DNA of 64,000 bases from an uncultured Nitrososphaerales archaeon (lineage in GTDB: Archaea > Thermoproteota > Nitrososphaeria > Nitrososphaerales > Nitrososphaeraceae): contig CAVOHZ010000003.1 of NCBI GenBank assembly GCA_963695855.1, positions 320,001-384,000 on the forward strand, written 5' to 3'. Numbering within the stretch: position 1 is the first letter of the stretch; every line of letters starts with the position of its first letter. A program made the translations under genes and the position numbers. A model generated the notes under the pieces. That model worked only from the letters and a program-made list of their open reading frames with translations, searched no databases and was not told where the DNA came from. Shown piece after piece: positions 44,718 to 56,131 of the stretch.

Positions 44718-45794
44718 ATGAGATTTGTCGGTTCAAAAGGAATCAAATTCTCTGATATTAGTATAAATTGTTGTATTTGTTTTATTGATTTGGTCGATTC
44801 AACTAAAAACACTTTAGCGTTTTGCAATTCGAAAGATACTAGAAGATATTATGAAACCTTTATCAATTCGGTATCCGAGATAGCTAAAAAGAATAAGGCT
44901 AAAATAATAAAAAATATGGGAGATTCACTTTTATTTTACTTTCCCAAGACATCTGACAGTACAAATATCTCAGCTTTTTATGAAGCATTAGAATGTTCTT
45001 TTGAGATTCTTGACAATCGTCATAATATCAACGACAAGTTATCAAGAGAAAACTTTCCACCATTTAACTACAGAATCAGCTTGGATTATGGAGTAGTAGA
45101 AATAGCACTATCTGGAGAATATAATCAACTCGATTTGTTTGGATCAACTGTGAATTTATGTGCAAAAATTAATCAATTATCTTTACAGAATGAATTGAGG
45201 ATAGGAGATAATCTTTATAGAATATTGAACGCTTATTCTCCATTTTTTGAAAAATTATATAATTTTACCAAGTCAGAACAATATAATATCTCTTCAGATA
45301 TTAAATATTTTACATATACAATAGAAAGAAGACCATCTAAGAGTGAATATTTAAAAGATCAGGATATTTCAGATTCTAATAAAGAACAGGAAAGTCAACA
45401 AATGATTTATAGGAATTATGATCTCAGAAAAAAAGTCATTTTAGTAGATGACGATGCTGAAGTATTAACAACCATAGAATTATTTTTAATAGGACATGAC
45501 TTTTATGTTACATCCTTTATCGACCCTACTATGGCAGTAGAGTATCTGCGATCAAATCCTTTTTATCAGAATCTATTGGTAATTGCAGATATTAGAATGA
45601 GCAAATTAAATGGATTTCAACTTTATCAGCAAATCAAGAGTATAGATCCTACTATAAAGGTTCTTTTTATTACTGGTTTGTATATTGCAGATGAAATATT
45701 GACTTTGATTCCAGGATTGGACAAAGATCTCATAATAACAAAGCCTATTGATAAAGAAACATTTGTAAATAGAGTAAAAAAATTATTTTTATGA
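44718..45794 (+). CDS. Class III adenylate/guanylate cyclase fused to a C-terminal receiver domain
   Basis: FIDLVDST, KNMGDSLL, DLFGSTVNLCAKI; VDDD...ADIRM...KP. Confidence 0.9.
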   Translation: MRFVGSKGIKFSDISINCCICFIDLVDSTKNTLAFCNSKDTRRYYETFINSVSEIAKKNKAKIIKNMGDSLLFYFPKTSDSTNISAFYEALECSFEILDNRHNINDKLSRENFPPFNYRISLDYGVVEIALSGEYNQLDLFGSTVNLCAKINQLSLQNELRIGDNLYRILNAYSPFFEKLYNFTKSEQYNISSDIKYFTYTIERRPSKSEYLKDQDISDSNKEQESQQMIYRNYDLRKKVILVDDDAEVLTTIELFLIGHDFYVTSFIDPTMAVEYLRSNPFYQNLLVIADIRMSKLNGFQLYQQIKSIDPTIKVLFITGLYIADEILTLIPGLDKDLIITKPIDKETFVNRVKKLFL

Positions 45795-45947
45795 AAGTTA
45801 CTATTAAAACTCTACATAATAAAACTGGTGAATATCATATTAGATCCTACCCGAAAAGTGATGCTGTTAAGTTAACGAAAGATCTAACTATATGTGAATA
45901 AATCCAGTAAATCCAAATCAGACAGTAAGTTGTGCTCTAGGAGTAGT

Positions 45948-46031
45948 ATGATGTATGTTGGAATGGATCTCCATAAGAATTATTTGCAAGTTGCAGTAAT
46001 GGATGAGAAAGGAAAAGTAATCAAGAATAGC
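45948..46031 (+). mobile_element. IS110-family transposase N-terminal fragment
   Basis: Hand translation MMYVGMDLHKNYLQVAVMDEKGKVIKNS. Confidence 0.7.
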
Positions 46032-46119
46032 ATTTGAAGGAATTCCAAATGCAGGAGGGAATTTTATAGTATCTGTAGAAAGTACCAACAAGAATCTTGA
46101 TGAACTTGTCCAAGAGCAG

Positions 46120-46389
46120 ATGCAAGAATTTAAAGCATATGAATCAATGGGATTAAAGCAAGAAATTTTAGAAGTTACTGATATTGAATTATCAAATCAA
46201 ACGGCTAAGAAGTTCATTTACCAATATATAGACCTAAAGGAAAAAAAGACAGAGCAAAAAACGATGCAGATTATTAGTCTCTATAATAACAATATATATT
46301 CCATAGTGTATTGGATGGATAATCCTGATTTATATGAAGTACATTTACCAACGGCAGAAAAAATGATCAACTCAATGAAGTTCCCATAA
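46120..46389 (+). pseudogene. PsbP-like domain fragment
   Basis: AKKFIY...QIISLYNNNIYSIVY...LPTAEKMINSMK; 5' part missing. Confidence 0.6.
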
Positions 46390-46448
46390 TTAAAATAAGG
46401 ATATATTAGGAAACGTTTAATATTATGACTTTATAACTCAAACAAAAA

Positions 46449-46589
46449 ATGGAAACAAGAATAGAAATTATTTCGTTCTTGACTATTATTCTGACCATAA
46501 GCACCACCGTTTTTTTGTTCGCTAGTACACCAACACCCGATCCACACGGTTTTGACCATGATGGTGATGGTATAGGTTGTGAATCTTAG
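46449..46589 (+). CDS. 46-aa peptide: hydrophobic leader plus Excalibur-like Ca-binding motif
   Basis: Hand translation METRIEIISFLTIILTISTTVFLFASTPTPDPHGFDHDGDGIGCES*. Confidence 0.6.
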   Translation: METRIEIISFLTIILTISTTVFLFASTPTPDPHGFDHDGDGIGCES

Positions 46590-46669
46590 TAATCTTGCAA
46601 GTTCAAAATGTAATAATATATTATTATAAATCCAGAAAAAGAATTAATTTTATATAAATATTAATAAAT

Positions 46670-47776
46670 TTGATACTCAATAACAATATATTGGCTATTC
46701 CAAATGGACTGAAATGTAAAGATGATTCATCACTTTCTAAGAGGCTTCAATTTGTTATGCCTAAAAATGTTAGACCAATATTTGAGCTTAAATTAGTAAA
46801 ACCACAAGAATACGATGATATTGAAATAGTAAAATGGATAGATGGTAAGCCAAATAAAGAAATCAAGAAAATTATTCTTCATCCTATAGAGACAGTCCAT
46901 TTAATAGAGTTAAAAAATGTTAATAAAAATGAGATTATTGGTGGTTTCAAATTCCAATTTATTTCACGAGTTCGTATAATTGACGATGTTAAGAAAAGTT
47001 TTTTACGAGAAAAAAAAGACAAAATGTTAGGTATAACTATAACAGATGGTCACACTGAGTTAGAGATCGTTCTTAATGTTGAAGATAAAGAAGCAGATAT
47101 TATATTTAAGGATATAGAAGCTTTAAGGAATATTGATATAGTTAATTATTGGGAACCTTTCAGATTACCATACGAAAATGACGATGGTACTATAGTGTAT
47201 ACAGAAATATTTCCCAAAACTCCTTTTCTAGCAGAAAATGAAGTATTATTATGGTATAGAATAGAAACAAAAGGAGTAATTCATAAGAATATTAGGTGGA
47301 TTGAAGCAATAACGAATTATAGAGTATTTGAATACAATTTTGAGAATCATCTTGCTAACTATATTATATTAACTGGTTTAGATGATGTAGCTGTAACAAA
47401 TAGATACAGAATGTCTCAGGGACAAAACTACGGGGTTTTTACAGGTCAAAGATACAGGTCTATGGGTGGCGGATTTTATACAAGTACTGGTAATTCTAGA
47501 AGTACATCTGTTGGTGATGTGGTCTTTATGTATAATGGTAAACCATTAATTAAATTTAATCAAGTTAGTGATCCTTCAGGAGTTACTAAATTAGCACAAT
47601 CAGCTAGAAAACATCTGTTAGGTTTACAGAAAATAGTAATGAAAGAACAGAAAAAAAATGATGTGATACATTTTGATAAAATTAATTCAAATGTATGTCC
47701 TGATTGCAAATTTAATAATCCAATAGCTTCTAAATATTGTGGTCAATGTGGTTCGAAACTTAATGATCTTACCTGA
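46670..47776 (+). CDS. Hypothetical protein with PH-like region and C-terminal zinc ribbon
   Basis: AITNYRV...GDVVF...VSDP; CPDC-x10-CGQCG. Confidence 0.7.
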   Translation: MILNNNILAIPNGLKCKDDSSLSKRLQFVMPKNVRPIFELKLVKPQEYDDIEIVKWIDGKPNKEIKKIILHPIETVHLIELKNVNKNEIIGGFKFQFISRVRIIDDVKKSFLREKKDKMLGITITDGHTELEIVLNVEDKEADIIFKDIEALRNIDIVNYWEPFRLPYENDDGTIVYTEIFPKTPFLAENEVLLWYRIETKGVIHKNIRWIEAITNYRVFEYNFENHLANYIILTGLDDVAVTNRYRMSQGQNYGVFTGQRYRSMGGGFYTSTGNSRSTSVGDVVFMYNGKPLIKFNQVSDPSGVTKLAQSARKHLLGLQKIVMKEQKKNDVIHFDKINSNVCPDCKFNNPIASKYCGQCGSKLNDLT

Positions 47777-47952
47777 ATTAATTTACATCCACTAATTGAG
47801 TTCGGGGTTATTGCACCCATGAAATTGGTTCTTTAGAGTAGTTAATACATAGAGATTAACTCTAGTTAAATGCTTTTTAGAACAAAAAATTTTATATCAT
47901 GTTTCCTATTAGTTATGCTAGATTATATATCTAATTTTTTAAAAATTAAATA

Positions 47953-48967
47953 ATGTGGGTTGAAAAAAAAGAGATAACTGCCGGAACCCTAAAGAACTTT
48001 GTAAAATCATTAAAAGTGTTTCGCGAAATGTCTGATATCTCTCTTCCTTGGAAAAAGATTACAAGAGGATTACCAAATGCAAGACAATCAGCAAATGACA
48101 GAGCTCCTGCTACATATGAAATACGTAAATTGGTAGAATATCCAGACAGAAGAATCAAGCCAATTGTTTATACTATGATATCATCAGGAATACGATTAGG
48201 AGCTTGGGATTACCTAAAATGGAAACATATTATTCCATTAAGAGATGATGAAGAAAAGGTAGTGGCAGCCAAGATAATTGTGTATTCTGGAGAAGATGAT
48301 GAATACTATTCCTTTATAACACCGGAGGCGTATAACTCATTGCTTGATTGGATAAAATCTAGAGAAGAATACGGTGAGAAAATTAGTGGCGAATCATGGT
48401 TAATGAGATATTTGGCAAACTACTAACGTAAACTATGGAGCTAAATGGGGATTAGCAACATGTCCTAAAAAGTTGAATAGTTATGCCATAAAGAGAATCT
48501 TAGAGAGAGGGTTATGGTCTCAAGGTTTAAGAAAAACACTTGAAAATGGAGAGAAAAGACATGAATACAAGGGAGCCCATGGCTTTCGTAAATTCTATAA
48601 AACTAGAACCGAACAGGTTATGCGTCCCTTAAATGTTGAAATTACTCTTGGTCATGATATTGGGATATCAGGCTCTTATTACAAGCCTACTGAAAAGGAA
48701 GTGTTAGAAGATTATCTAAAAGCAGTAGATTTACTCACAATCAACAATAATCAAAAAATTCTTGAAAAACAGGTTACTGAATTAAAAGAAAAAAGTAAAG
48801 ATAATGATTATATTATAAAAGCTAAGCTTCAAGAAAAAGATGAACAAATTAAAATTATTCAATCACAAATGAATGTACTAGTTGAAATAATTAGCAAATT
48901 AGATAGTGAAGAAGGAAAAAATAAGATAGCTAAGCAACTTATTGAAAATGGACTTTGTACAAAATAG
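47953..48967 (+). pseudogene. Tyrosine recombinase/integrase, 5'-truncated and frameshifted
   Basis: SSGIRLGAW in ORF 47953; HGFRK, LGH, SYY in ORF 48473. Confidence 0.88.
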
Positions 48968-48968
48968 A

Positions 48969-49505
48969 TTAAATAATATTTTCATGAGTTAAACAAATCT
49001 CTTTTACAAGTGAGAGAATGTAAATGTCATTCTGTTTTAATAATCTTGCATTTTTTTCAATATTTTCTAAGATTTTATTCCTTGATGCTTTTAATTCTTC
49101 TATATCGTTATCATATTTTTCTTGGATTTCCTTCTCAAATTCTTCTCTATTTTGTTTCTTAAGGTCATATATTAGTGCTAATTTATGACTTAGTCTTTGT
49201 TGACCTAAGTATAATTTCATACATTCTTTATCTGCCTCAGATGATTTCTTATCGTACACTAACCTTTGAAAAGATATATTAAAATCAAATATATGTAAAA
49301 GCCAATAATCATATAAAATTTTCTTCACAGAATCATTACATATACTATATCTCATTTCTCCTGGATATATGTCTGCTATTGGTTTTATGATTTCATATTT
49401 TTTAAGCAGATGTAGAGCTTCAAGAATTTCTTCCTTAGAGAATTTAAAAATGGATATAAGGTATTTCAAGGCATTTTGACAATTCTGAGAATGGATGTGG
49501 TTCAC
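48969..49505 (-). CDS. Hypothetical protein (probably a fragment)
   Basis: Convergent with the integrase; possible winged-helix segment. Confidence 0.5.
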   Translation of the reverse strand: MNHIHSQNCQNALKYLISIFKFSKEEILEALHLLKKYEIIKPIADIYPGEMRYSICNDSVKKILYDYWLLHIFDFNISFQRLVYDKKSSEADKECMKLYLGQQRLSHKLALIYDLKKQNREEFEKEIQEKYDNDIEELKASRNKILENIEKNARLLKQNDIYILSLVKEICLTHENII

Positions 49506-49719
49506 TACATTTTTGAAGGAGTTTTAAATAATCGAAAAATTCTTCATGGTTAAAGCCAGGTAAAACAATATAATAATATTTAGAAGAATTAGAAGAGTCT
49601 GTATATTCGCCAATTGATATATTATTATATGTTCTAGAGCCATTGGTAACATTGAAGGAGAGATATTCTTTTGTTCTAATTCTTTTATTTCCATTTGTTC
49701 CATATTTTCAAATTTTATT

Positions 49720-50238
49720 TCAATTTTTCTTTTTAACAAAACTCACTTGACCATTAATTTCCAAATAAGAAGATTTGATATCAGAAATATCATCAGTTCC
49801 ACTTAATCTTAAATAGGATTCTAGTTCTCTTATTGAAATTTTTGCTTTCTTCATTGATTCATCAATAATTTTACCGTCTTTTACTAACAATATTGGGTCA
49901 GATACTATGGCTTTGCTAAATTTATTATATCTTGATGCTAGATAATCATAAATCTTGAATATTGCTATTGCTATAATAACTACTGTAAATCCTTGGGGGA
50001 TAGAAGTTTGACTCGGATTTAGCATGGATTGACCTACTGCCTCTCCCAACCCTAGTATTATTATCAACTCTATAGTGCTTAATTGACCCATTCCTTTGTT
50101 TCCAAGCCATCGTATTACAAATACAATTAAAAGTGCAACAATTGCTGTACTGAAGCTAACTGCAACAAAAGTGTTAAAGTCTATATTGAATGCATTTCCT
50201 ATGATTTCAGATATTGATTCTATTGACATATAACTCAT
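49720..50238 (-). CDS. DUF421 / YetF-like membrane protein
   Basis: RWLGNKGMGQLS..ELI, PILLVKDG, LEINGQVS. Confidence 0.88.
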   Translation of the reverse strand: MSYMSIESISEIIGNAFNIDFNTFVAVSFSTAIVALLIVFVIRWLGNKGMGQLSTIELIIILGLGEAVGQSMLNPSQTSIPQGFTVVIIAIAIFKIYDYLASRYNKFSKAIVSDPILLVKDGKIIDESMKKAKISIRELESYLRLSGTDDISDIKSSYLEINGQVSFVKKKN

Positions 50239-50419
50239 CTAATTAGGTTAGTTATAATTTTATAGAAAATAATTATTATTTAATTACATGGTTAGTATTT
50301 TAATTGAAAAAAATACTGTTAAAGAACAACAACCTATTAACTCTAAACATCAGGAAATAGAATATAACCTAAGCGATTCTAGTAGTATCAAAGTTATTGT
50401 CAAAATTCGCATTAATATT

Positions 50420-50602
50420 TCAATGATTATCTTGAGCTAAATACTTTGCAAAATTGATAATGCATTTCAAGTTATTAATTTGATGATTTTCTGAAGAACC
50501 ATTATTTATCATATAATCAAGAAATTCATAAACTATCTCTCTATTATCTCCATTAGGAATTACCTCAATCTTTTTTACAATTGTTGAATATTGAAATGGC
50601 AT
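50420..50602 (-). pseudogene. N-terminal fragment of a second tyrosine recombinase family
   Basis: EFLDYM...SENHQINNLKCIINFAKYL resembles an integrase N-terminal helical domain; adjacent to an att-like site. Confidence 0.6.
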
Positions 50603-50675
50603 TTATTATTTTGTTACTCCTCTTATTGTTATATAAAATGTCCTTGTATATGAACCCCTATACAATAAGGCAGTC

Positions 50676-50692
50676 AATCCCACTGGCCCCAT
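50676..50692 (+). mobile_element. Third tRNA-3'-like att core
   Basis: AATCCCACTGGCCCCAT, identical to 28842-28858. Confidence 0.75.
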
Positions 50693-50838
50693 ATAGTATA
50701 AGGGGTCAGTTGAATTATTAAAGTTTTAATCCAAAGAACATTTAACAAACTATATAATACTTGTTACCTTCGTTAGCCCAAAACTAATGTAACATGATTT
50801 ATCAATTTTATATATACGATGTTGTCTTAGAAAAGTAT

Positions 50839-51309
50839 ATGTCAAATAACACTAACAATAGTCCTGCAGATGCCGAAATGGCATCATCTTCTAGTAAGGA
50901 AGAAATAATAAAAGGATTAAATGAAGACTTGGCAAGAGAATATAAAGCAATTATCCAATATGTAGTGTTCAGTTCTACATTAAAGGGAGCACAATATGGG
51001 GATATAGCTCAACAATTGAAAGAACATGCCTCCCAAGAATTAGCACATGCGTTAGAGGTAGCCAAGCAGATCGATTATCTTGGAGGAGACCCGACTATGA
51101 AAAGTGAAGATGCTGAGTATTCCCAGGATTCAAAGACAATGCTTGAAATAGACTTAAGAGCCGAACAAGAAACGATCAAGAATTATAGAGAAAGGATTCG
51201 TCAGGCTGAACGTGCTGGTGAATTTGCTTTATCTGAGACATTAAGAGGAATTATTGTACAAGAACAGGATCACGAAATAGATTTGAAAGATGCTCTAGGA
51301 TTAAGATAA
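50839..51309 (+). CDS. Bacterioferritin/ferritin-like protein
   Basis: REYKAIIQY, QELAHA, LGGDP, AEQETI..Y, QEQDH; start placed at MSNN. Confidence 0.88.
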   Translation: MSNNTNNSPADAEMASSSSKEEIIKGLNEDLAREYKAIIQYVVFSSTLKGAQYGDIAQQLKEHASQELAHALEVAKQIDYLGGDPTMKSEDAEYSQDSKTMLEIDLRAEQETIKNYRERIRQAERAGEFALSETLRGIIVQEQDHEIDLKDALGLR

Positions 51310-51554
51310 TAAACTAATTTGCTAAATATCAATAATTATTATTTATTTTTACTCTAAAATTAGTAGTTAAATCTAATAAAATACGTAGATCCAAATGAAT
51401 AAAATGTGAAACTAATAATATTGCTTTTCTCAAACACTAGTACAAAACATTTGGCATATTGAAATAAGTTTTTTTGATAATTAAAATTTTTAATAGAAAA
51501 ATAGTGTGTAGCTTAATTCAACAATAATGTTAGTCTATTCATAAACAAATTGTG

Positions 51555-52453
51555 TTACAATGAGATAAACTTGTTATACAACATTATTTTAAGAACAGTC
51601 TCTGTTTTTTGCATACTGAATTTCTTTGACATCAAATGTTCTCCCAGTACTCGTTTTAATGATGAGAAGACTACTTCAGCAATCCATCTTTGTCCTGTGT
51701 TTTTTAGTTGTTTGTATTTTTCATATCCAATATTTTGATTCAGATGTACCTGTTCATTTCTAGATTTGCATTTTCTAGTTTTACCACTTGCATTCTTTCT
51801 GACAGATATTATAGGTTCAATATACAATTTGTCTAACAAATTGAAATTAACTGTACTATCATATGCTTTATCTGCATATGCTTTTGTAATGTTATTGTTG
51901 TTAGAAATCTCTTTTATCATAGGCACAAACCTCTTGCTATCATGAACCGTGCCTTTAGTTACTCTAAACGAGATTATCTGTTTTGATTTTATATCAACTG
52001 CAATATGTAATTTTAGATATTTCCTCGCGTTCTTTCTTCCATTTATCCTCAATGTAATTGCCTTTCTTAGATGATGTGGTAAAACCAGATGCATCAATCA
52101 ATTACCACTGTTATTGATTTACCTATTCTGTTATTGTTGTAAATATCCCTAAAATGAGTACACATTTTCTTGATGCATCTTCTCAGTTGAGTAAAGTGTA
52201 TTTCCTCAATTTTGATGTATTCTGCTAATCCTCTTACAATGCCTTGTACTGTTCTGTATGAAATAGAAAATCCAATTTTTATAAATGCTAGAAATTGTAC
52301 ATAACTATCACGATACAGAAATGGTCTACCAACTTTCTTTTTGTTCATAGTCACTAACTCCCTTCTTTGTAATTTAATAAACCCAATATCCATAAGAATA
52401 TGACCACGTTCAATTAGGGATTCATTATATGCAGACCAGTTTCTCTTGGGCAT
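51555..52453 (-). mobile_element. IS5-family (IS903-like) transposase pseudogene
   Basis: NWSAYNESLIERG, KLHIAVD, ADKAYD, RWIAEVVFSSLK; split by a frameshift. Confidence 0.88.
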
Positions 52454-52635
52454 TAGAAGAATAATGAAATTGCAGCATAATAATGCTACAAACTATAGAA
52501 AAACAAACTGACAGATTATTTTTTTATAGAATTCATTTATCATTGGTCTTTCTAGAATACTATTAGTCAAACGTTATGCATTAGTCATTAACATTTCTAA
52601 GAAGCTAATAATAACTATATTGATAAAACTAGCTT

Positions 52636-52818
52636 GTGTTTAAACACCATGATGAACATGAATTCAAAAAAATTATTGATGAATTTATACTCTCTTCATC
52701 AGATAATGAATCAATAAAAAATATAGATGTTGAGGCTTTCAAATTAGGAATTTCATTTCATCAAATGATATTCATATTAATTCAAAAAGATGCTATTCGT
52801 AACAGAAAATCTCAATAA
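52636..52818 (+). CDS. Small hypothetical protein
   Basis: 60 aa ORF with protein-like composition. Confidence 0.5.
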   Translation: MFKHHDEHEFKKIIDEFILSSSDNESIKNIDVEAFKLGISFHQMIFILIQKDAIRNRKSQ

Positions 52819-53236
52819 GATATATAGTAAATTATTAAACGGATTTTGATTTTTATATTTTAATTAAGTTTCTAATAATAAAAGCTATATACAGAATACT
52901 ACTATCTCTACATTGGACTCCCTTTTTAGAACCGCTATCGGTGTTACTCCTTTGAATATTCCTATAGAATTCAATATATTGTGGATATCTATTTTAACAT
53001 AGGTTCCTAATAATAATAAATATAACGTAGAACAATACTCTTTAGAAGATTCTAATTTCGAATAGCTAGCTGAATATTGGCAAACTATTAGTAGTCTTTC
53101 ACATACATCATGATTAGCTATTTCATTAATTAGAGAATGTTTACAAGTAATAATATCTTAATTTGCTAATAAAATAAAATATGCTATATATAAGAATCTA
53201 AAAAAATTTATAAAAAATTATTGAGTAGGTTAAATA

Positions 53237-53788
53237 TTAAAACCTAGTTGTTCTTTGACTGTCTCTATTTATTTCTGTATTGTGTCTATTAACTGATTTT
53301 ATATAATCAGTATTTGTTTTTGTGAAAGCCTTCACATTATCACGAGTCTGTTCAAGTGCTGTGTTATATACTCTCATATTTGATGCTAGAGTGTTATTTA
53401 TTAGATTGCTAGCATTTAACAGGTAACTTGTAAAGTTATTTACCATTACTGCATTGTTTTCAGCAATTCTTTGTGGATTATAAAAGTCCCAAAATGCATA
53501 GAAGTTTCCTCTATTGTTATCTACTTGTTGTGATTGAAAAGAGCTTACTACTTGTTTTTGTGCTTCAATATAATCAGAAGCAATATCTTTTACAGTTTGA
53601 ATAGTTTTTTCTTGATATTCGGTAATACGTTGTGTATATTGTGGAATTTCTCGTGTAGCTTCATCTGTACTTCTTTTTATATCATGTAAAACATTATCAA
53701 GAGTTCTATTTATTGCATCTTGTTGATTCAAAGTATTATTCAAATCTCTATTTGTTCTTTCAGTAATTTTATCTTCTTTTGTTGTCAT
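53237..53788 (-). CDS. Gln/Asn/Thr-rich amphipathic coiled-coil protein (phasin-like)
   Basis: Helical composition, EIPQYTQ...YQEKTIQ. Confidence 0.65.
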   Translation of the reverse strand: MTTKEDKITERTNRDLNNTLNQQDAINRTLDNVLHDIKRSTDEATREIPQYTQRITEYQEKTIQTVKDIASDYIEAQKQVVSSFQSQQVDNNRGNFYAFWDFYNPQRIAENNAVMVNNFTSYLLNASNLINNTLASNMRVYNTALEQTRDNVKAFTKTNTDYIKSVNRHNTEINRDSQRTTRF

Positions 53789-54044
53789 ATTGATAATACA
53801 TTACCAAGGTATATATGATAAGGTAAAGATATCAGTGCATAATCAGGTTCTAGAGATACCAATCATTTTATAGTATATTGTATGAAAAGTAAAGTTTTTG
53901 TGATTCTACACAAACTGTAATCATCAAATTAGTTATTTTTTTAGTGTAGCTCTAATTAGCGATGGAATAAGTGCTAAATCTGATTGTATTGAAATTTCCA
54001 TACGATACTACCGAACCCGACTGAAATTATTATAGTTTTCATGA

Positions 54045-55727
54045 TTATTGTTTTTTATCAAGTTCATTGTTGGCTGGTCCATTTATTGCTTTTCCAGTGA
54101 TAGCAGAAAATCGAGACCCATGACAAGGACAATCAAAAGATTTTTCAAAATTGTTCCAAACGACCGTGCAACCTAAATGTGTACATATAGCAGAATAACG
54201 ATGTAATTCGTTGTGAAAGTCTTTATAGACAGCTATTTTTTCTTCTTCTTGCAGCATTCCCTGGTCAATATCTAAATCTTGAATGGATGTCTTTTTTATT
54301 TTAGAATCTTTATTCTTTGATGATGATGAGTCTTTTTTACTGTTATTATTTTCCTCTTTCTGTTTATTTTCAGAGCTTTGGGAATTATTAGATTTTTCTT
54401 TTGCAACTCTTGCTGGATTATAAAGAGAAACCCATGGATTATTTTTCCCAAGAATTAAATCTTTTAAGATGATTCCAGCAATAGTTCCATGTGTAATTCC
54501 ATTTCCTGAATCCCCTGTAGCAATATAAACATTCTTCTTCTCTTCATCGCCAGGATTGTAGCCTATAAATGCTATACCGTCCTTTGGTTCCAAGACTTGA
54601 CCCGACCATTGAAACTCTATGTCTTCTATAGGAAATCGATTTCTTGTCCAAGATTCAAGGTTAGTATATCTTTGTTGTACATCTCTATCATCTATTATAT
54701 TACCTGTTAAATGGTCTTCTCCTCCTACAATTAATATATCATACTTTGAATTATTTTCTTTATCACGCTGGATTCTAACATAATGATAGGGTGCAACTGT
54801 ATTCTCTGACTTTTGATTTCCGGTATCCCAATAAAGAGCCTGAGGAATTTTGTCTTTTTTGATTCTTGCTCCAATAACATATGTTCTATAAGCTTGTTGT
54901 TTATCATAAATTTTGCTGACTTTGTCAATGATTGGTGCATTAGTAGCTATTACTATATTTTTTGCAAAAACTGAATAACCATCTGAAGTTTTAACTTGAT
55001 TTAATGATGGTTGAATATCTTGAACATGAGTTTCAGTAAATATCTTTCCTCCATAACGTAATATTGCTTCTGTAACTCCCTTAAGATATTTTAATGGATG
55101 AAATTGAGCTTGATTAGGAAACAATAAGCACGGCCCGGTATCAAATGACAAATTAGGCGCTTTAGAAATGATTTCAGTGCTCATTATGCCTGCCCGATGA
55201 GTTGCTTCAAGCTCTTTATCTAATGATTCTTTCTTATCTGTAGAATCTAGAAACAAAAAACCATCTAGTTTTTCAAAATCACAGTCAATCCTTTCTTCAT
55301 TTACTATTGACTCTATCATATTTATAGCTGCAGTGTTACTTTCTGCTGCTAGGCGTGCTCCTTCATCCCCATGTAATTGTTCAAGATTATAATATCTGTC
55401 ATCTAAAGCATATGTGATGTGAGCAGTAGTACGGCCTGTCTCGCCGCTGCATATATAGCCATCTTCAAATAAAACCACTTTTTTTCCTGATTTTGAAAGT
55501 AGATATGCAGTTGATAACCCAGCAATTCCCCCACCTACAATGGCAACATCTATTAATTCAGAAGAAGAAATGTTTCTCTTCAATTTATCAAATTTCATAG
55601 GTTGTGGAACCTCATCATACCAAACTGATTCAGTAAGTCCAGATGTTTTTAGCTCAAATTCATCATTCTCATATTTTTTCTTTTGTTTCCAATTATACTT
55701 CGCAGAAATATCACTATTATTATTCAT
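54045..55727 (-). CDS. FAD-dependent oxidoreductase with C-terminal Rieske domain (YhfW-like)
   Basis: [22 protein letters not shown]; CTHLGC...CPCHGS. Confidence 0.93.
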   Translation of the reverse strand: MNNNSDISAKYNWKQKKKYENDEFELKTSGLTESVWYDEVPQPMKFDKLKRNISSSELIDVAIVGGGIAGLSTAYLLSKSGKKVVLFEDGYICSGETGRTTAHITYALDDRYYNLEQLHGDEGARLAAESNTAAINMIESIVNEERIDCDFEKLDGFLFLDSTDKKESLDKELEATHRAGIMSTEIISKAPNLSFDTGPCLLFPNQAQFHPLKYLKGVTEAILRYGGKIFTETHVQDIQPSLNQVKTSDGYSVFAKNIVIATNAPIIDKVSKIYDKQQAYRTYVIGARIKKDKIPQALYWDTGNQKSENTVAPYHYVRIQRDKENNSKYDILIVGGEDHLTGNIIDDRDVQQRYTNLESWTRNRFPIEDIEFQWSGQVLEPKDGIAFIGYNPGDEEKKNVYIATGDSGNGITHGTIAGIILKDLILGKNNPWVSLYNPARVAKEKSNNSQSSENKQKEENNNSKKDSSSSKNKDSKIKKTSIQDLDIDQGMLQEEEKIAVYKDFHNELHRYSAICTHLGCTVVWNNFEKSFDCPCHGSRFSAITGKAINGPANNELDKKQ

Positions 55728-55867
55728 ATTAGTATTGTATGTTCTTTATATGATATTACTGTTGTAACTCTACAAGTACTTTCTTTCAATGTTAAAAAGG
55801 TGATTATGAATACAAAGTAATTCATACAATTTTTATATTAAATGTTATGCTAGTGTGAATATGTCAA

Positions 55868-56131
55868 GTGATTCCAATACTATATAGTAATGACTATAAT
55901 TCTGAAGACATTGTCAAAAAAGAAGCAAGGGGACTTGGAGATGATACTGATTGTGTTGAAGTGCATGAAATTTTAGGAAATTACATAATCACTCAAAAAA
56001 CCCAGGTGACCAAATATAGATTCTATATACCAAAGAATTTAGTGGAGAAGTTTGATGGCTATACTGTATATTTTAAGAAAACAAAAGACATATCTGTTTA
56101 TTATGGTGGAATATCTCTAAAAGACATATGA
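55868..56131 (+). CDS. PRC-barrel-like small protein (possibly decayed)
   Basis: KKEARG...FYIPK..VEKFDG. Confidence 0.55.
   Translation: MIPILYSNDYNSEDIVKKEARGLGDDTDCVEVHEILGNYIITQKTQVTKYRFYIPKNLVEKFDGYTVYFKKTKDISVYYGGISLKDI

Noticed and set aside
38110-50692. Provirus or conjugative element
   Set aside because: No capsid, packaging, replication or conjugation genes recognised; the integrases are fragments
53830-53980. AGTGCATAAT and AGTGCTAAAT as extra operator copies
   Set aside because: Only partial matches outside the module; expected by chance in AT-rich DNA
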